Shown here in pieces: positions 16,315 to 25,853 of a stretch of DNA of 64,000 nt; position 1 is the stretch's first letter, and each line of letters starts with the position of its first letter. This DNA comes from an uncultured Acidobacteriota bacterium. GTDB lineage: Bacteria; Acidobacteriota; Thermoanaerobaculia; Multivoradales; SZUA-115. Location of the stretch: positions 256,001-320,000 of the forward strand of contig CAWDVR010000003.1 of NCBI GenBank assembly GCA_963805975.1, read 5' to 3'. Under the pieces are notes generated by a model. The model did not search any database and was not told the origin of the DNA. It saw nothing but the letters and a program-made list of their open reading frames with translations. The translations under genes were made by a program, and so were the position numbers.

Positions 16315-17964
16315 GTGAACCTCGCGTTCCGCCTCGCCGTCGCCCTGGTGGCCCTGCTCGCCGCGGCCGGCGCCGGCGCCCGCTACTCCGCCTTTCGGGA
16401 CGAGCGCGAGGCCCTGCTCGCCAGGGCGCGCCCGCTCGCCCAGCAGGCGGCGACACGCGACGTCCTCGCCGGCCTGCGCAGCGAGCCGAGCCTCGCCGCG
16501 GCCCGGGCGCGGGTGGCTCGCGCCCTGGTCGCCGAGGTGCTGCGCCCCGGAGCCCGCGATGCGGCGGGTCTCGCGGCCGACCTCGCCCGGCTCGAGCTGG
16601 CGCAGTCGCTCTCCACCCAGGCCCTGGCCCGGGAGCCGGCGAGCTGGGAGGCCCACCTGGCTCTGGGAGCCTCCACCTACCTGAGCTGGTCCCTCGCCCA
16701 GGACAACCGCCTGTTCGTCGAGACCCGCGCCTGGGAGAAGCCGCTCGAACGGGCGCAGGAGCTGGCTCCCGGGCGCCAGGAACCGGCCCGATTCCTGTCC
16801 CTCGCCTACCTCGAGCTGTGGCGGGTGCTGCCGCCCTGGAAGCGCGACGAGGCCCGGAAGCTCATCCGCCAGGGCCTCGGCGACCCGGCGACCTTCGACC
16901 GCCTGATCGAGCCCTGGCTCGAGGTCTCCTCCCACGAAGGGCCGGAGGCCCGCGAGGCGGCCCTCGCCCTGGTGCCGCCCGAGCCCTTCGCCTGGCAGCG
17001 GCTCGAGCGCCTGTTCGCGGTCCGGGGCGACTGGCCGGCCTTTGCCGGGAGCGCTGCCCGGCTCGAAGAGGCGCTCCTCGGCGACCTCGACCGGCAGGTG
17101 ACGGCAGCCGAGGCGCGGCTCGAGGCGGGCGAGCTCGCCGCGGCGCGCGCCGGGCTGCTCGCGGCCCTGGCGCAGATGCCGGTCGACGGCCGCTTCGCGC
17201 CCCTCTTCGCCCGCGCCATGCAGCGGCTCCCGGCCGGCCCCTTCGATGCCGCCACGCTGCCGGCGCTCGAAGCCTGGCTGGACTGGGCGCTCGATCTCTG
17301 CGCCGACCGCGACTGCCCGCTGCCCCCCGCCGTGCTCGGCCGGCTCGCGCGCGGCTGCCAGCCGCGCGAGCCGCCGGCCGCCGCGCTCGCCGCGCTCGCG
17401 AGTGGCGACTGGGCCGGCGCCGAGCGCATCGAACGCCAGGCCGCGGGCGCTGCACAGTCGGATTGGGCGCCCTACCGGCTCGCCAAGGCCCGGCATCTCG
17501 CAGCGGCCGGCGACGCGGCCGGGGCCGAGGCGGCGCTCGAAGCCTTGCCGCAGTGGGCGCGGAGCGGGCCCGGCTACTGGACGGCGCGGCTCGCCGTGGC
17601 GCGCCGGCTCTCCGACCCGCCGGCGACCGCCGAAGCCGAGACCCAGCTCGCCTTCCTCGCGACCGACAAGCTCCCCGCCGCGGCCTGGCAGTGCCGCGGC
17701 GCGTCCTGCGTTCTCGAGCTTTCGGTGGCAGGAAAGGCGAGCGGGCTGCGCATCGCCCTCGCCGCCGTCGCGCCGGCCGGGGCCGCCCTCGAGGCGCGGA
17801 TCGACGGCAGCTCCGCCGGCACCTTCGCCCTCTCCCCCGCCGCCACCGAGATCCTGATCCCGGCAGCCCTCGGCCCCGGCCCGCACCGGCTGGATCTCGA
17901 GGCCCTGGCCGGCACCAGCGTCGAGCCGGGAGAGGTGGAGGTGGTGCGCTCGATCGGTTCGTGA
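16315..17964 (+). CDS. Membrane-anchored helical-repeat (TPR-like) protein with C-terminal beta domain
   Basis: GTG start after the REP cluster, N-terminal TM helix, Ala/Leu-rich helical repeats; long ORF with host codon bias. Confidence 0.65.
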   Translation: MNLAFRLAVALVALLAAAGAGARYSAFRDEREALLARARPLAQQAATRDVLAGLRSEPSLAAARARVARALVAEVLRPGARDAAGLAADLARLELAQSLSTQALAREPASWEAHLALGASTYLSWSLAQDNRLFVETRAWEKPLERAQELAPGRQEPARFLSLAYLELWRVLPPWKRDEARKLIRQGLGDPATFDRLIEPWLEVSSHEGPEAREAALALVPPEPFAWQRLERLFAVRGDWPAFAGSAARLEEALLGDLDRQVTAAEARLEAGELAAARAGLLAALAQMPVDGRFAPLFARAMQRLPAGPFDAATLPALEAWLDWALDLCADRDCPLPPAVLGRLARGCQPREPPAAALAALASGDWAGAERIERQAAGAAQSDWAPYRLAKARHLAAAGDAAGAEAALEALPQWARSGPGYWTARLAVARRLSDPPATAEAETQLAFLATDKLPAAAWQCRGASCVLELSVAGKASGLRIALAAVAPAGAALEARIDGSSAGTFALSPAATEILIPAALGPGPHRLDLEALAGTSVEPGEVEVVRSIGS

Positions 17965-18047
17965 CCGCCGGCGATCTCGATCGAAGTCGGTTTGCGCGGA
18001 GGAATGGCGCATCACTCTATGGAGGACCGACGAGAAAGGGACCCCAT

Positions 18048-18290
18048 ATGAGCGAGCTGGATTGCCTACTTCAAGACGTGCAGCAGAACCCTCGGCTCCT
18101 GGACGGTTTGAGGAGTCGGCTCGGCGACACCAACGATCTGCGGCGCTGGGCCCACGAGCAGGGCTACGAGCTCGACGAAGGGGAGGTGGCCGTGCTCCGG
18201 GAGAACGGCCGGGAGCTCTCGGACGAGGAGATCGACCAGGCGGCGGCCGGAGCATGGGCACCGACGCCATCGGCCGGCGACACCCAGTAG
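18048..18290 (+). CDS. Nif11-like leader RiPP precursor peptide
   Basis: 80 aa; helical leader (WAHEQGYEL) ending ELSDEEIDQAAAG, the typical ELSDEELxxxxGG-like signature; 12-aa core AWAPTPSAGDTQ; RBS upstream. Confidence 0.8.
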   Translation: MSELDCLLQDVQQNPRLLDGLRSRLGDTNDLRRWAHEQGYELDEGEVAVLRENGRELSDEEIDQAAAGAWAPTPSAGDTQ

Positions 18291-18316
18291 CGGCAGCGGA
18301 GCCCGGAGCCACGGCG

Positions 18317-18600
18317 TTGAGCTACTCGCGCTGGCTCGACGTCGCCTCCCCCCACCTCAACGAGCCGCTCCTCGGGGCCTCGGAGGTCGCCCGCCTGAAG
18401 GCGCTGGCCCGCTCTCTGCCGGCGACTTGCCAGGGCGTCCTCGAGGCCCGCCTCGCACACGGATCGCCGGCGGTCGATCTCGCCGTGCAGGTGGCGTCAG
18501 GTAGATCTTCGTCTTGGGCTCTCGATCCGGTCCGCAGAGCACCTTCACGTGGCTGAGGCCGCGAACGCACCTGGTACTGAACTCGGGCGCGGTAGCACTT
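18317..18600. pseudogene. Disrupted gene next to the RiPP precursor (N-terminus on +, apparent C-terminus inverted on -)
   Basis: + strand LSYSRWLDVASPHLNEPLLG...GVLEARL...VDLAVQ breaks off at ~18497, where the - strand reads ...CVRGLSHVKVLCGPDREPKTKIYL. Confidence 0.5.
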
Positions 18601-18647
18601 CGCCCTCGCCTGCGACGACCGCCAGAGCGGCGGCCTGGGCCATCGGG

Positions 18648-18869
18648 CTAGCGGCCGAACTGGTAGAGGAGAGGCCGATAGAGCGGCTCGGGGATTGGCT
18701 TGCCCTGCTCGCGAGCCGTCTCGAGCCACGCCCCCTTGGCCAGCTCGACCTCCGCCAGAGCTGCCTCAGGGGTGTCCCCAAAGGCAGAGCAGAAGGCGAG
18801 GTCGGGGATGTCGGCGACGTAGCACCGATCCTCGTCGCTCCAGAAAATGTTGATGTGGTAGTCCTTCAA
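18648..18869 (-). CDS. hicB: HicB-family antitoxin
   Basis: YVADIPDLAFCSAFGDTPEAAL...GKPIPEP; overlaps hicA stop. Confidence 0.92.
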   Translation of the reverse strand: MKDYHINIFWSDEDRCYVADIPDLAFCSAFGDTPEAALAEVELAKGAWLETAREQGKPIPEPLYRPLLYQFGR

Positions 18870-19123
18870 GGCTCGTCCTCCAAGCGGAGATTGTAACGCT
18901 CCACCAACCGGAGAAACTGCCGGACCTGATAAGGCTTGGCCTCGCCGCGATCGGGTTGGAGGTTGAGCATCTCGGGGATGGTTGGATGGAAGAAAGTCTG
19001 ATGACTGCCGCGAGACCGACCCGGTCGAAACCCAAATGCCTCGATCAGACCGAGCAGCTCCGCGAAGCCGACGTTCTGGAGGTGGCCTTGGAGCAGGCGA
19101 CGAAGCAGCCGCCGGCGATTCAC
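18866..19123 (-). CDS. hicA: HicA-family toxin
   Basis: FGF....RGSH..F.HP...NLQP...AKPYQVRQ. Confidence 0.92.
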   Translation of the reverse strand: MNRRRLLRRLLQGHLQNVGFAELLGLIEAFGFRPGRSRGSHQTFFHPTIPEMLNLQPDRGEAKPYQVRQFLRLVERYNLRLEDEP

Positions 19124-19142
19124 AGAGAAGCTCCTCGACGGA

Positions 19143-20519
19143 TCATGATTCTTCCGTGCGCTCCTCCACCCGCGCCCCGCACGCCGCGCCCACGACGACC
19201 GCCAGGGTCAGGGCGTTGGCGGGCATGGTGAGGCCGAAGTCGAAGAGCTCGTGCAGGCCGACCGCGGTGAGGGCGCCGCAGGCGGCCAGGGCCGCGGCGC
19301 GATCCTCGGAGCGGGCGCCGCGGGTGAGCACCCGGTAGAGGCGCCTGGCGAGCGCCGCGAGCCCCAGGAGGAGGAGCGCCAGGCCGGCGACCCCGGCGGT
19401 CACCAGCAGCTCCAGCCAGTCGCTGTGCGCGTGCCACCAGGCGCCGGTGACGGCCGGCGGCTGCACCGCGGGAAAACCCTCGCGGAAGGTGCCGAGGCCG
19501 GTGCCGAGAACGGGGAAGCGCTGCCACAGCTCGAGCGAGCCGCCGTAGACCGCGAGCCGGCCGGCGACCCCGCCCACGGACGAAGGCGCGAGCCAGCGCT
19601 CGAAGCCCTGCCGCACGCCGAGGGTGAGCAACAGGGCGAGGCCGGCCGCGCCGAGGCCCAGGCCCAGGAGCGCCGGCCGCAGGCTCCGCCGGCTGGCTGC
19701 CAGGATGCCGGCCTGCGCCATGGTGCCGAGGACCGCCGCCGCCATACCCGCCCGCGAGCCGGTGAAGGCGAGGCAGGCGAAGAGCGCCGCCCAGAGCAGG
19801 AGCGGTGGCCCGGCCAGCAGCACCTTGGATTCGATTCGCACCTCGTAGCGCGCCCGGCGCAGCGCCCACCAGGCGAGGGCGAAGGCGGCGGCGAGCGCGA
19901 TCTCGAGGTAGGTCGCGAGGTGGTTGGGGTTGACGAAGGTGCCGCGCATCCGGGTGGCGTCGCTCTCCACCGCGATGCCCCAGATGGACCGCGAGACGGC
20001 AAACCAGCCGCGCAGCGCATGCAGCAGCTCGCAGCCCACCCCGAGCGCCAGGGCCAGGGTGAGGAGGCGCCGCGGGCCACGGTGCGAACCGGCGAGGCCG
20101 GCGGCGGCGAGCGCGGCGGCCACGGCCAAGAAGCTCACCGCCACGGCGCGCGAGACGCCGGGGGCGAGCGACAGGGTGAGGGCGGGCGGCACCACTTCGA
20201 GCGGCATCACGGCGGCGGTCCGCTCGGCGAGGCGGAGATGCTCGGGTGAGAGCTTCTCGACCAGGCCACGCGGCCAGGCGAGCGATTGCAGGGCCCCCAG
20301 GAGCGCCAGGGCCACAAGCGCCGCCGCCGGCCAGGCGATGGTTCTCCAGGCCGCGGTCTCACGCGCCGTGAGCGCGCCGGCGGCGAAGGCGAGGAGCGCC
20401 AGCGCGGCGAGCGACGCGGTAGCCCAGGGCACCACGCCACCGAAAGGCAGAGGGGCGAGCACCAGGAGCAAAGCCAGGAGACCGGCGCTCAGCCAGCCCT
20501 CTCCGCGGCCGGGACTCAT
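19143..20519 (-). CDS. Second O-antigen ligase / O-oligosaccharyltransferase family protein
   Basis: GTFVNPNHLA, TGSRAG, GTGLGTF, HAHSDWLE motifs; multi-TM. Confidence 0.9.
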   Translation of the reverse strand: MSPGRGEGWLSAGLLALLLVLAPLPFGGVVPWATASLAALALLAFAAGALTARETAAWRTIAWPAAALVALALLGALQSLAWPRGLVEKLSPEHLRLAERTAAVMPLEVVPPALTLSLAPGVSRAVAVSFLAVAAALAAAGLAGSHRGPRRLLTLALALGVGCELLHALRGWFAVSRSIWGIAVESDATRMRGTFVNPNHLATYLEIALAAAFALAWWALRRARYEVRIESKVLLAGPPLLLWAALFACLAFTGSRAGMAAAVLGTMAQAGILAASRRSLRPALLGLGLGAAGLALLLTLGVRQGFERWLAPSSVGGVAGRLAVYGGSLELWQRFPVLGTGLGTFREGFPAVQPPAVTGAWWHAHSDWLELLVTAGVAGLALLLLGLAALARRLYRVLTRGARSEDRAAALAACGALTAVGLHELFDFGLTMPANALTLAVVVGAACGARVEERTEES

Positions 20520-20534
20520 GGGAGATCGCGTATC

Positions 20535-21866
20535 ATGGCGCCCCGCATGCGTCTCGCGTCCCTCTCGTGCCGGGCTCCGCTCCTCGCTCTGGCCCTCGGC
20601 CTGGCCGCTGCTCCCCCTGCGTTCGCGCAATTTGCGCAGTATACGCCGCCGGGAGGCGTAGCCGACGAGCCCGGAACCCGCAAGGAGAACATGGAAAAGG
20701 CGATCGAGGCGGCCCGCTGGCACCTCGGCCCCCTGCGCGTGGAGCCGTGGTTCGGGCTGCGCGAGATCGGCTACGTCGACGATGCCGCTCCGCAGGCAGA
20801 CGGTACCGGCGGCCAGGACGGGCAGTTCACCGCCACCGGCGGCGCCGGTCTCAAGACCTACCTCCCGATGGGCCCCAAGGTGGTGCTGGCGGCGCATTTC
20901 CTGCCCGAGTACGTCTGGGCCGAGGAAGAAGAGATGCGGCGCACCACCGGCCGCTTCGGCGCCGGCTTCTTCGGCTTCTTCAACCGGCTGACGGTCGAGG
21001 CGACGGCGACCCGCACCGAGCAGCTCGCGGTGGTGACGCCGGAGGTGCTGCGCCGCACCGACAGCCGCGCCGACCAGGCCGCGGGCTCGCTCGAGCTCAA
21101 CGTGCTGCGCTCACTCTACGTCTTCGCCGGCTCGACCTTGACGCGGGTGGAGAACCAGGTCGATGCGGCGGACGACCCCCAGCTCGCCCTCCTCTCGCGC
21201 CTCGACCGCGAGGAGCAGGTGACCCGCGCCGGGCTGCGCCTCAAGACCCGCCGCGGCTGGCGGATCGGCGCCGGCTTCGAGCGCTCCGACGTCGACTTCG
21301 AGCGCGAGGCGGGCGAGGGTCCATCCTCGGCGGACCGCTCCAACTCGGGCACCGCGCCGGTGCTCGAGCTGGTGCGCGTGGAGGGCAAGATCGAGGCGGC
21401 GGTCGACGTCGCCTGGCGCTCGCTCGAACCCAAGGGTGACGCGCCGTTCGTGCCGTTCGACGGTGTGACCGGCAGCCTGCGGCTGGGCTGGGGCTCCGGC
21501 GGCAGGCTGACGCCGGCGGTCTACGCCGCTCGCAACCTGGTCTATGCCCTGGACCCCGACTACTCCTATCTCGAGAGCGACCGCTACGGGCTGTCGCTCG
21601 CGCTGCGGCTCGGCCACCGCACGCAGCTCGTGGCGTTCGCCGAAACCGGGACCGACGACTACCAGCCCACCGACCTCGCTCCGCCGAGGAGCGACGACCA
21701 GCTCGCCTACGGCATCACGGCGGCGCTCGACCTGGGCCGCTCGCTGCGCTTCTCGTTCGGCTGGAGCCGGGAGGAGTACGACTCGAACGTCGCCGCCGGC
21801 GACCGCGACCTGACGGTCCTGCGCGGCGGGGTGACGCTCGGCCGCGGCGTGTCACCCTGGTACTGA
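20535..21866 (+). CDS. Outer-membrane beta-barrel protein associated with polysaccharide export
   Basis: Signal peptide (AFA|Q), alternating amphipathic strands, C-terminal aromatic WY; directly upstream of Wza-like gene. Confidence 0.75.
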   Translation: MAPRMRLASLSCRAPLLALALGLAAAPPAFAQFAQYTPPGGVADEPGTRKENMEKAIEAARWHLGPLRVEPWFGLREIGYVDDAAPQADGTGGQDGQFTATGGAGLKTYLPMGPKVVLAAHFLPEYVWAEEEEMRRTTGRFGAGFFGFFNRLTVEATATRTEQLAVVTPEVLRRTDSRADQAAGSLELNVLRSLYVFAGSTLTRVENQVDAADDPQLALLSRLDREEQVTRAGLRLKTRRGWRIGAGFERSDVDFEREAGEGPSSADRSNSGTAPVLELVRVEGKIEAAVDVAWRSLEPKGDAPFVPFDGVTGSLRLGWGSGGRLTPAVYAARNLVYALDPDYSYLESDRYGLSLALRLGHRTQLVAFAETGTDDYQPTDLAPPRSDDQLAYGITAALDLGRSLRFSFGWSREEYDSNVAAGDRDLTVLRGGVTLGRGVSPWY

Positions 21867-21913
21867 GGGCGGCGGTACCGAGGGCGGCGTGGGGCCGTGG
21901 TAAACTCAACGCT

Positions 21914-22759
21914 GTGAGGAATATAGGTTCCAGTCTATTCTTTATCTGCGCGCTCTTCTGCCTGACCTCACGCGCCGGGGCCCAAGGGCCGGCCGGCTCG
22001 CGCTACCAGGTCGGGCCCAGGGACCTGATCGAGGTCAAGGTGCTCGGCGTCGAGGAGCTCAACGGTGAGCTGCGGGTCTCCGAGGACGGCAAGATCAACC
22101 TGCCCCTGATCGGCGACGTAGAGGTAGCGGGGCTCACCGATGCCGAGATCCGCCTCAAGATCAAGACCCTGCTCGAGTCCAAGTACCTCCAGGACCAGGC
22201 GGCGGCGGTGTCGGTGCTGATCAAGGAGTTCCGTTCGCGGCCGATCTCGGTGATCGGCGCGGTCCAGCATCCGGGGCCGCTGTCCTTTCCCGGGCGCTGG
22301 ACCTTGATCGAGGCGCTGACCACCGCCGGCGGCGTGCTGGCCGATCACGGCAACGCCGTGCACGTGCTGCGGCGCTCGGAGAACGGCCTCACCGACCAGG
22401 TGGAGATCGCCCTCGACGCGCTGCTGCTGCGGGCGGACCCGCGCGCCAACATCCCGATCTTCGCCAACGACCTGATCAACGTGCCGGCGGCGGTCTCCAT
22501 CACCGTGTTCATCGTCGGCGAGGTGCGGGCCCCCGGCGCGCTCGCCTTCAAGAGCACCGAGCGCATCACCGTGCTGACCGCGCTGGCGCGCGCCGGCGGC
22601 CTCACCGACCGCGCGGCGCGCACCGTGGTCATCCGCCGTCAGGGCAAGGGCGGCGAGGAGGAGATCACCGTCGACGCCAAGCGTATCCTCGGCGGCAAGG
22701 AACCCGACGTCGAGCTGCAGCAGGGAGACGTCGTGGTGGTGAAGGAGGCTTTCTTTTGA
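21914..22759 (+). CDS. Short OPX/Wza-like polysaccharide export protein (Poly_export plus two SLBB)
   Basis: YQVGPRD...DGKINLPLIGDVEVAGLT, VIGAVQHPG, VGEVRAPG, LQQGDVVVVKE. Confidence 0.92.
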   Translation: MRNIGSSLFFICALFCLTSRAGAQGPAGSRYQVGPRDLIEVKVLGVEELNGELRVSEDGKINLPLIGDVEVAGLTDAEIRLKIKTLLESKYLQDQAAAVSVLIKEFRSRPISVIGAVQHPGPLSFPGRWTLIEALTTAGGVLADHGNAVHVLRRSENGLTDQVEIALDALLLRADPRANIPIFANDLINVPAAVSITVFIVGEVRAPGALAFKSTERITVLTALARAGGLTDRAARTVVIRRQGKGGEEEITVDAKRILGGKEPDVELQQGDVVVVKEAFF

Positions 22760-25116
22760 GCAACCTGGTGCCGCGCGAGAGCCGCGTTCCGACCTACTCC
22801 CCGCCGCCCCCGGCGGTGGCGCCCGAGGCCTCGTTCGATCCCTTCGGCGCGGACGCCCCCGGCGGGTCCGAGGCGAGCTCGTTCCGCATCGCCGACTACC
22901 TGCAGATCCTCAAGCGCCGCTGGCGCCTGGTGGTGGCCATCGTGGCGCTGTCGCTCGCCGGCGCGGCGGTGCGCTACTCGATCACGCCGCGCGAGTACCG
23001 CGCCGAGACCCAGATCCAGATCGAGCGCCGCAGCCTGAGCTCTCTCGCCAGCAGCCAGAACAACACCAACGCCTGGCTCGAGAGCTGGTGGAACCTCGAG
23101 TACTACCCGACGCAGTACCGGCTGCTGCAGAGCCGCGGTCTCGCCGAGCGCGTGGTCAAGAACCTGCGCCTGGCCGACGACCCGGAGTTCAACCGCGGCG
23201 GGCCACGGCTCTCCGGGGGCGGCCCCGACGCGCCCACGGCGGCGGACGACGAGGCCGTGCTCGGCGCTCTCGCCGGTCAGCTCCTGGGCGGGCTCGAGGT
23301 CACCCCGATCGGCGGCACGCAACTGGTCGCGATCTCCTACCGCTCGCAGAGCCCGCGCCTGGCGGCGTCGGTGGCCAACGGCTTCGCCGAGGCCTTCATC
23401 GAGTGGGGCATCGAGGGCCGGAGCGAGACCGTGGGCCGCGCCTCGAGCTTCCTCGAGAAGCAGATCGGCACGCTCAAGGACGAGATCGGCGCCAAGGAGA
23501 ACAAGCTCCGCGAGCTGTCGCGGAGCTCCGGGCTGATCAACATCGGACCGGAGTCCAACCCCACCGAAGACCGTCTCGCCAGCCTCAACCAGGACTATGC
23601 CAAGGCCAAGGCGGAGCGCATCGTCAAGGAGGCCCGCTACCGCGAGCTGACCTCGTCGCGCGACGAGGCGGTCGCCGGCGCGGTGTCGAACACGCTGGTC
23701 GCGGGGTTGCGCGCCGAGCTGCTGCGGCTGCGCCAGGAGTACGAGGCCAAGCTCAAGACCTACCGCCCCGAATACAAGGACATGGTGACCCTCAAGGGCA
23801 CCATCGACGAGCAGGAGCAGGCGTTGAACGACGCCGTCCGCGACGTGGTGACCAAGGCACGCGACGCCGCGTACTCCGACTACCAGACGGCGCTGCGCAC
23901 CGAGCAGAACTTCTCGCGCGAGCTGACGGTGGCGCAGAACGAGAGCCTTTCCCAGAACTCGGCCGCCGTCGACTACTCCAACATGGTGAGCGAGATCGGG
24001 ACCCTGCGCGACACGCTCAACGACTTGCAGAAGAAACAGTCCGAGACCAGCGTCACCTCGAACCTCCAGGAGACCCGCGAGTCCAACGTGCACGTGGTCG
24101 ACCGCGCCCTGATGCCGGGCGGCCCGTTCCGGCCCTCGCTCCGGCGCGAGCTCACGCTCGGCCTGATGCTGGGTTTCGTGATCGGTATCGGCCTCGTCTT
24201 CCTGCTCGAGTTCCTGGACCGCTCGATCAAGGACCCGGCCGACCTCGAGAAGCTGACCGGCCTGCCCACCCTGGCCGTGATCCCGGACTCCGCCGACGGC
24301 CTGGGCACCGGCAAGGGCTCCTACGGCTATGGCTACGGCTACGGAGCCAGGCCCGGCAAGGCCAAGAAGGGCCGCTGGCTCGAGAAGCGCACGGAGGAGG
24401 ACATCGCCATCGAGCTCCTGCCGCACGCGCGGCCGCGGCTCGCCATCGCCGAGGCGTACCGTTCGCTGCGCACCGCGCTCCTGCTGTCCTCCGCCGAGGT
24501 CTTGCAGGTCATCACCGTCACCTCGGCCGAGAGCGGCGAGGGCAAGACCACCACCGCGGTCAACGTGGCGGTGGTGATGGCGCAGCTCGGCCGCCGCGTG
24601 CTGCTGATCGACGGTGACTTGAGGAAGCCCCGGCTGCACGAGATCTTCCAGGTCTCGAACCGCTTCGGGGTGACCAACCTGCTGACCGGCGGCGGCAAGA
24701 TCGAAGAGGTCTTCCTGCGCACCGCCGTGCCCAACCTCTACGTCATCCCCGCCGGGCCGTGCCCGCCCAACCCGGCGGAGCTCCTGGCCTCCGAGCGTAT
24801 GCGCGACTTCCTGCACCAGGTGCGCGGCACCTTCGAGTTCGTGGTCATCGACTCGCCGCCGGCGCTCGCCGTCACCGACGCCACCCTGATCGGCCACCTG
24901 GTCGACGGCGTGCTGCTCTGCTTCGCCGCCGGCAAGGTGCCGCGTGAAGAGATCCGCGCCTGCCACGACCGGCTGGTGCGCAACGAGGTGCGGATCCTGG
25001 GCACGGTGCTCAACCGCTACCGCAGCAACCAGGGCCGCTACGGCAAGCGCTACCAGCGCTACGAGACCTACGCCTCCGAGAACCCCGAGGAGGCGGCCAC
25101 CGACTCCGCCGCATGA
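22756..25116 (+). CDS. wzc: Polysaccharide co-polymerase / BY-kinase (Wzc/GumC)
   Basis: Two TMs flanking coiled coil; AEAYRSLRT, TSAESGEGKTT (Walker A), IDGDLRKP, VIDSPP; Tyr-rich tail. Confidence 0.95.
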   Translation: MSNLVPRESRVPTYSPPPPAVAPEASFDPFGADAPGGSEASSFRIADYLQILKRRWRLVVAIVALSLAGAAVRYSITPREYRAETQIQIERRSLSSLASSQNNTNAWLESWWNLEYYPTQYRLLQSRGLAERVVKNLRLADDPEFNRGGPRLSGGGPDAPTAADDEAVLGALAGQLLGGLEVTPIGGTQLVAISYRSQSPRLAASVANGFAEAFIEWGIEGRSETVGRASSFLEKQIGTLKDEIGAKENKLRELSRSSGLINIGPESNPTEDRLASLNQDYAKAKAERIVKEARYRELTSSRDEAVAGAVSNTLVAGLRAELLRLRQEYEAKLKTYRPEYKDMVTLKGTIDEQEQALNDAVRDVVTKARDAAYSDYQTALRTEQNFSRELTVAQNESLSQNSAAVDYSNMVSEIGTLRDTLNDLQKKQSETSVTSNLQETRESNVHVVDRALMPGGPFRPSLRRELTLGLMLGFVIGIGLVFLLEFLDRSIKDPADLEKLTGLPTLAVIPDSADGLGTGKGSYGYGYGYGARPGKAKKGRWLEKRTEEDIAIELLPHARPRLAIAEAYRSLRTALLLSSAEVLQVITVTSAESGEGKTTTAVNVAVVMAQLGRRVLLIDGDLRKPRLHEIFQVSNRFGVTNLLTGGGKIEEVFLRTAVPNLYVIPAGPCPPNPAELLASERMRDFLHQVRGTFEFVVIDSPPALAVTDATLIGHLVDGVLLCFAAGKVPREEIRACHDRLVRNEVRILGTVLNRYRSNQGRYGKRYQRYETYASENPEEAATDSAA

Positions 25117-25853
25117 TGACCGATCTGCACTGCCACATCCTGCCCGGCGTCGACGACGGGCCCTGGCACATGGAGGAGTCGATCGCCATGTGCCGGCTGG
25201 CCGAGGCCCAGGGCTGCGGCGTGCTGGTGGCGACCCCCCACCAGCGGCACCCGACCTTCTGGAACGACGACCGTGCCCGGCTGGAAGCCCTCGCCGCGGA
25301 ACTGCAGGCGCGGCTCGGCGAGTCGCCGCGGGTGCTCCTCGGCGCCGAGATCCGCGTCGACAGCGGTCTCGTGGCCGCGGTCGACGAGCTGCCCGGCGGC
25401 AGCGTCCTGCCCCTCGCCGGCTCGCGCTATCTGCTGATCGAGCTCAACCGTCACGAACAGGTGGGCGACCCCGCGGAGCTGGTCCACGAGCTCGCGGTCG
25501 CGGGCTGGCAGCCGATCGTCGCCCATCCGGAGCACTACCCCTGGCTGCTCGCCCAACCGCGGTTGATGGAGCGTCTGCTCTCGCTGGGCGCGCTCTTCCA
25601 GATCACCGCCGCCAGCTTGCTCGGGAGCTTCGGCCGCCGGGCGCAGCTCGCCTGCCGCAACCTGCTCGACGCCGGCTGGGTCCACTTCGTGGCGAGCGAC
25701 GCGCACGGCATCGACCGCCGGCCGCCGGGCCTCGCCGCCGCCTACGCCGCTCTCGCCCAGGGCTGGGGCGAGGACACCGCCCGTGCCCTGACCAGCGGCA
25801 ACCCCGGCGCCGTGATCGAGAACCGCTCCCTCACCCATCCGGTCTATGCCTGA
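25113..25853 (+). CDS. PHP-family protein-tyrosine phosphatase (CpsB/CapC)
   Basis: DLHCHILPGVDDG, ATPH, AHPE, ASDAH motifs; follows wzc. Confidence 0.93.
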   Translation: MMTDLHCHILPGVDDGPWHMEESIAMCRLAEAQGCGVLVATPHQRHPTFWNDDRARLEALAAELQARLGESPRVLLGAEIRVDSGLVAAVDELPGGSVLPLAGSRYLLIELNRHEQVGDPAELVHELAVAGWQPIVAHPEHYPWLLAQPRLMERLLSLGALFQITAASLLGSFGRRAQLACRNLLDAGWVHFVASDAHGIDRRPPGLAAAYAALAQGWGEDTARALTSGNPGAVIENRSLTHPVYA

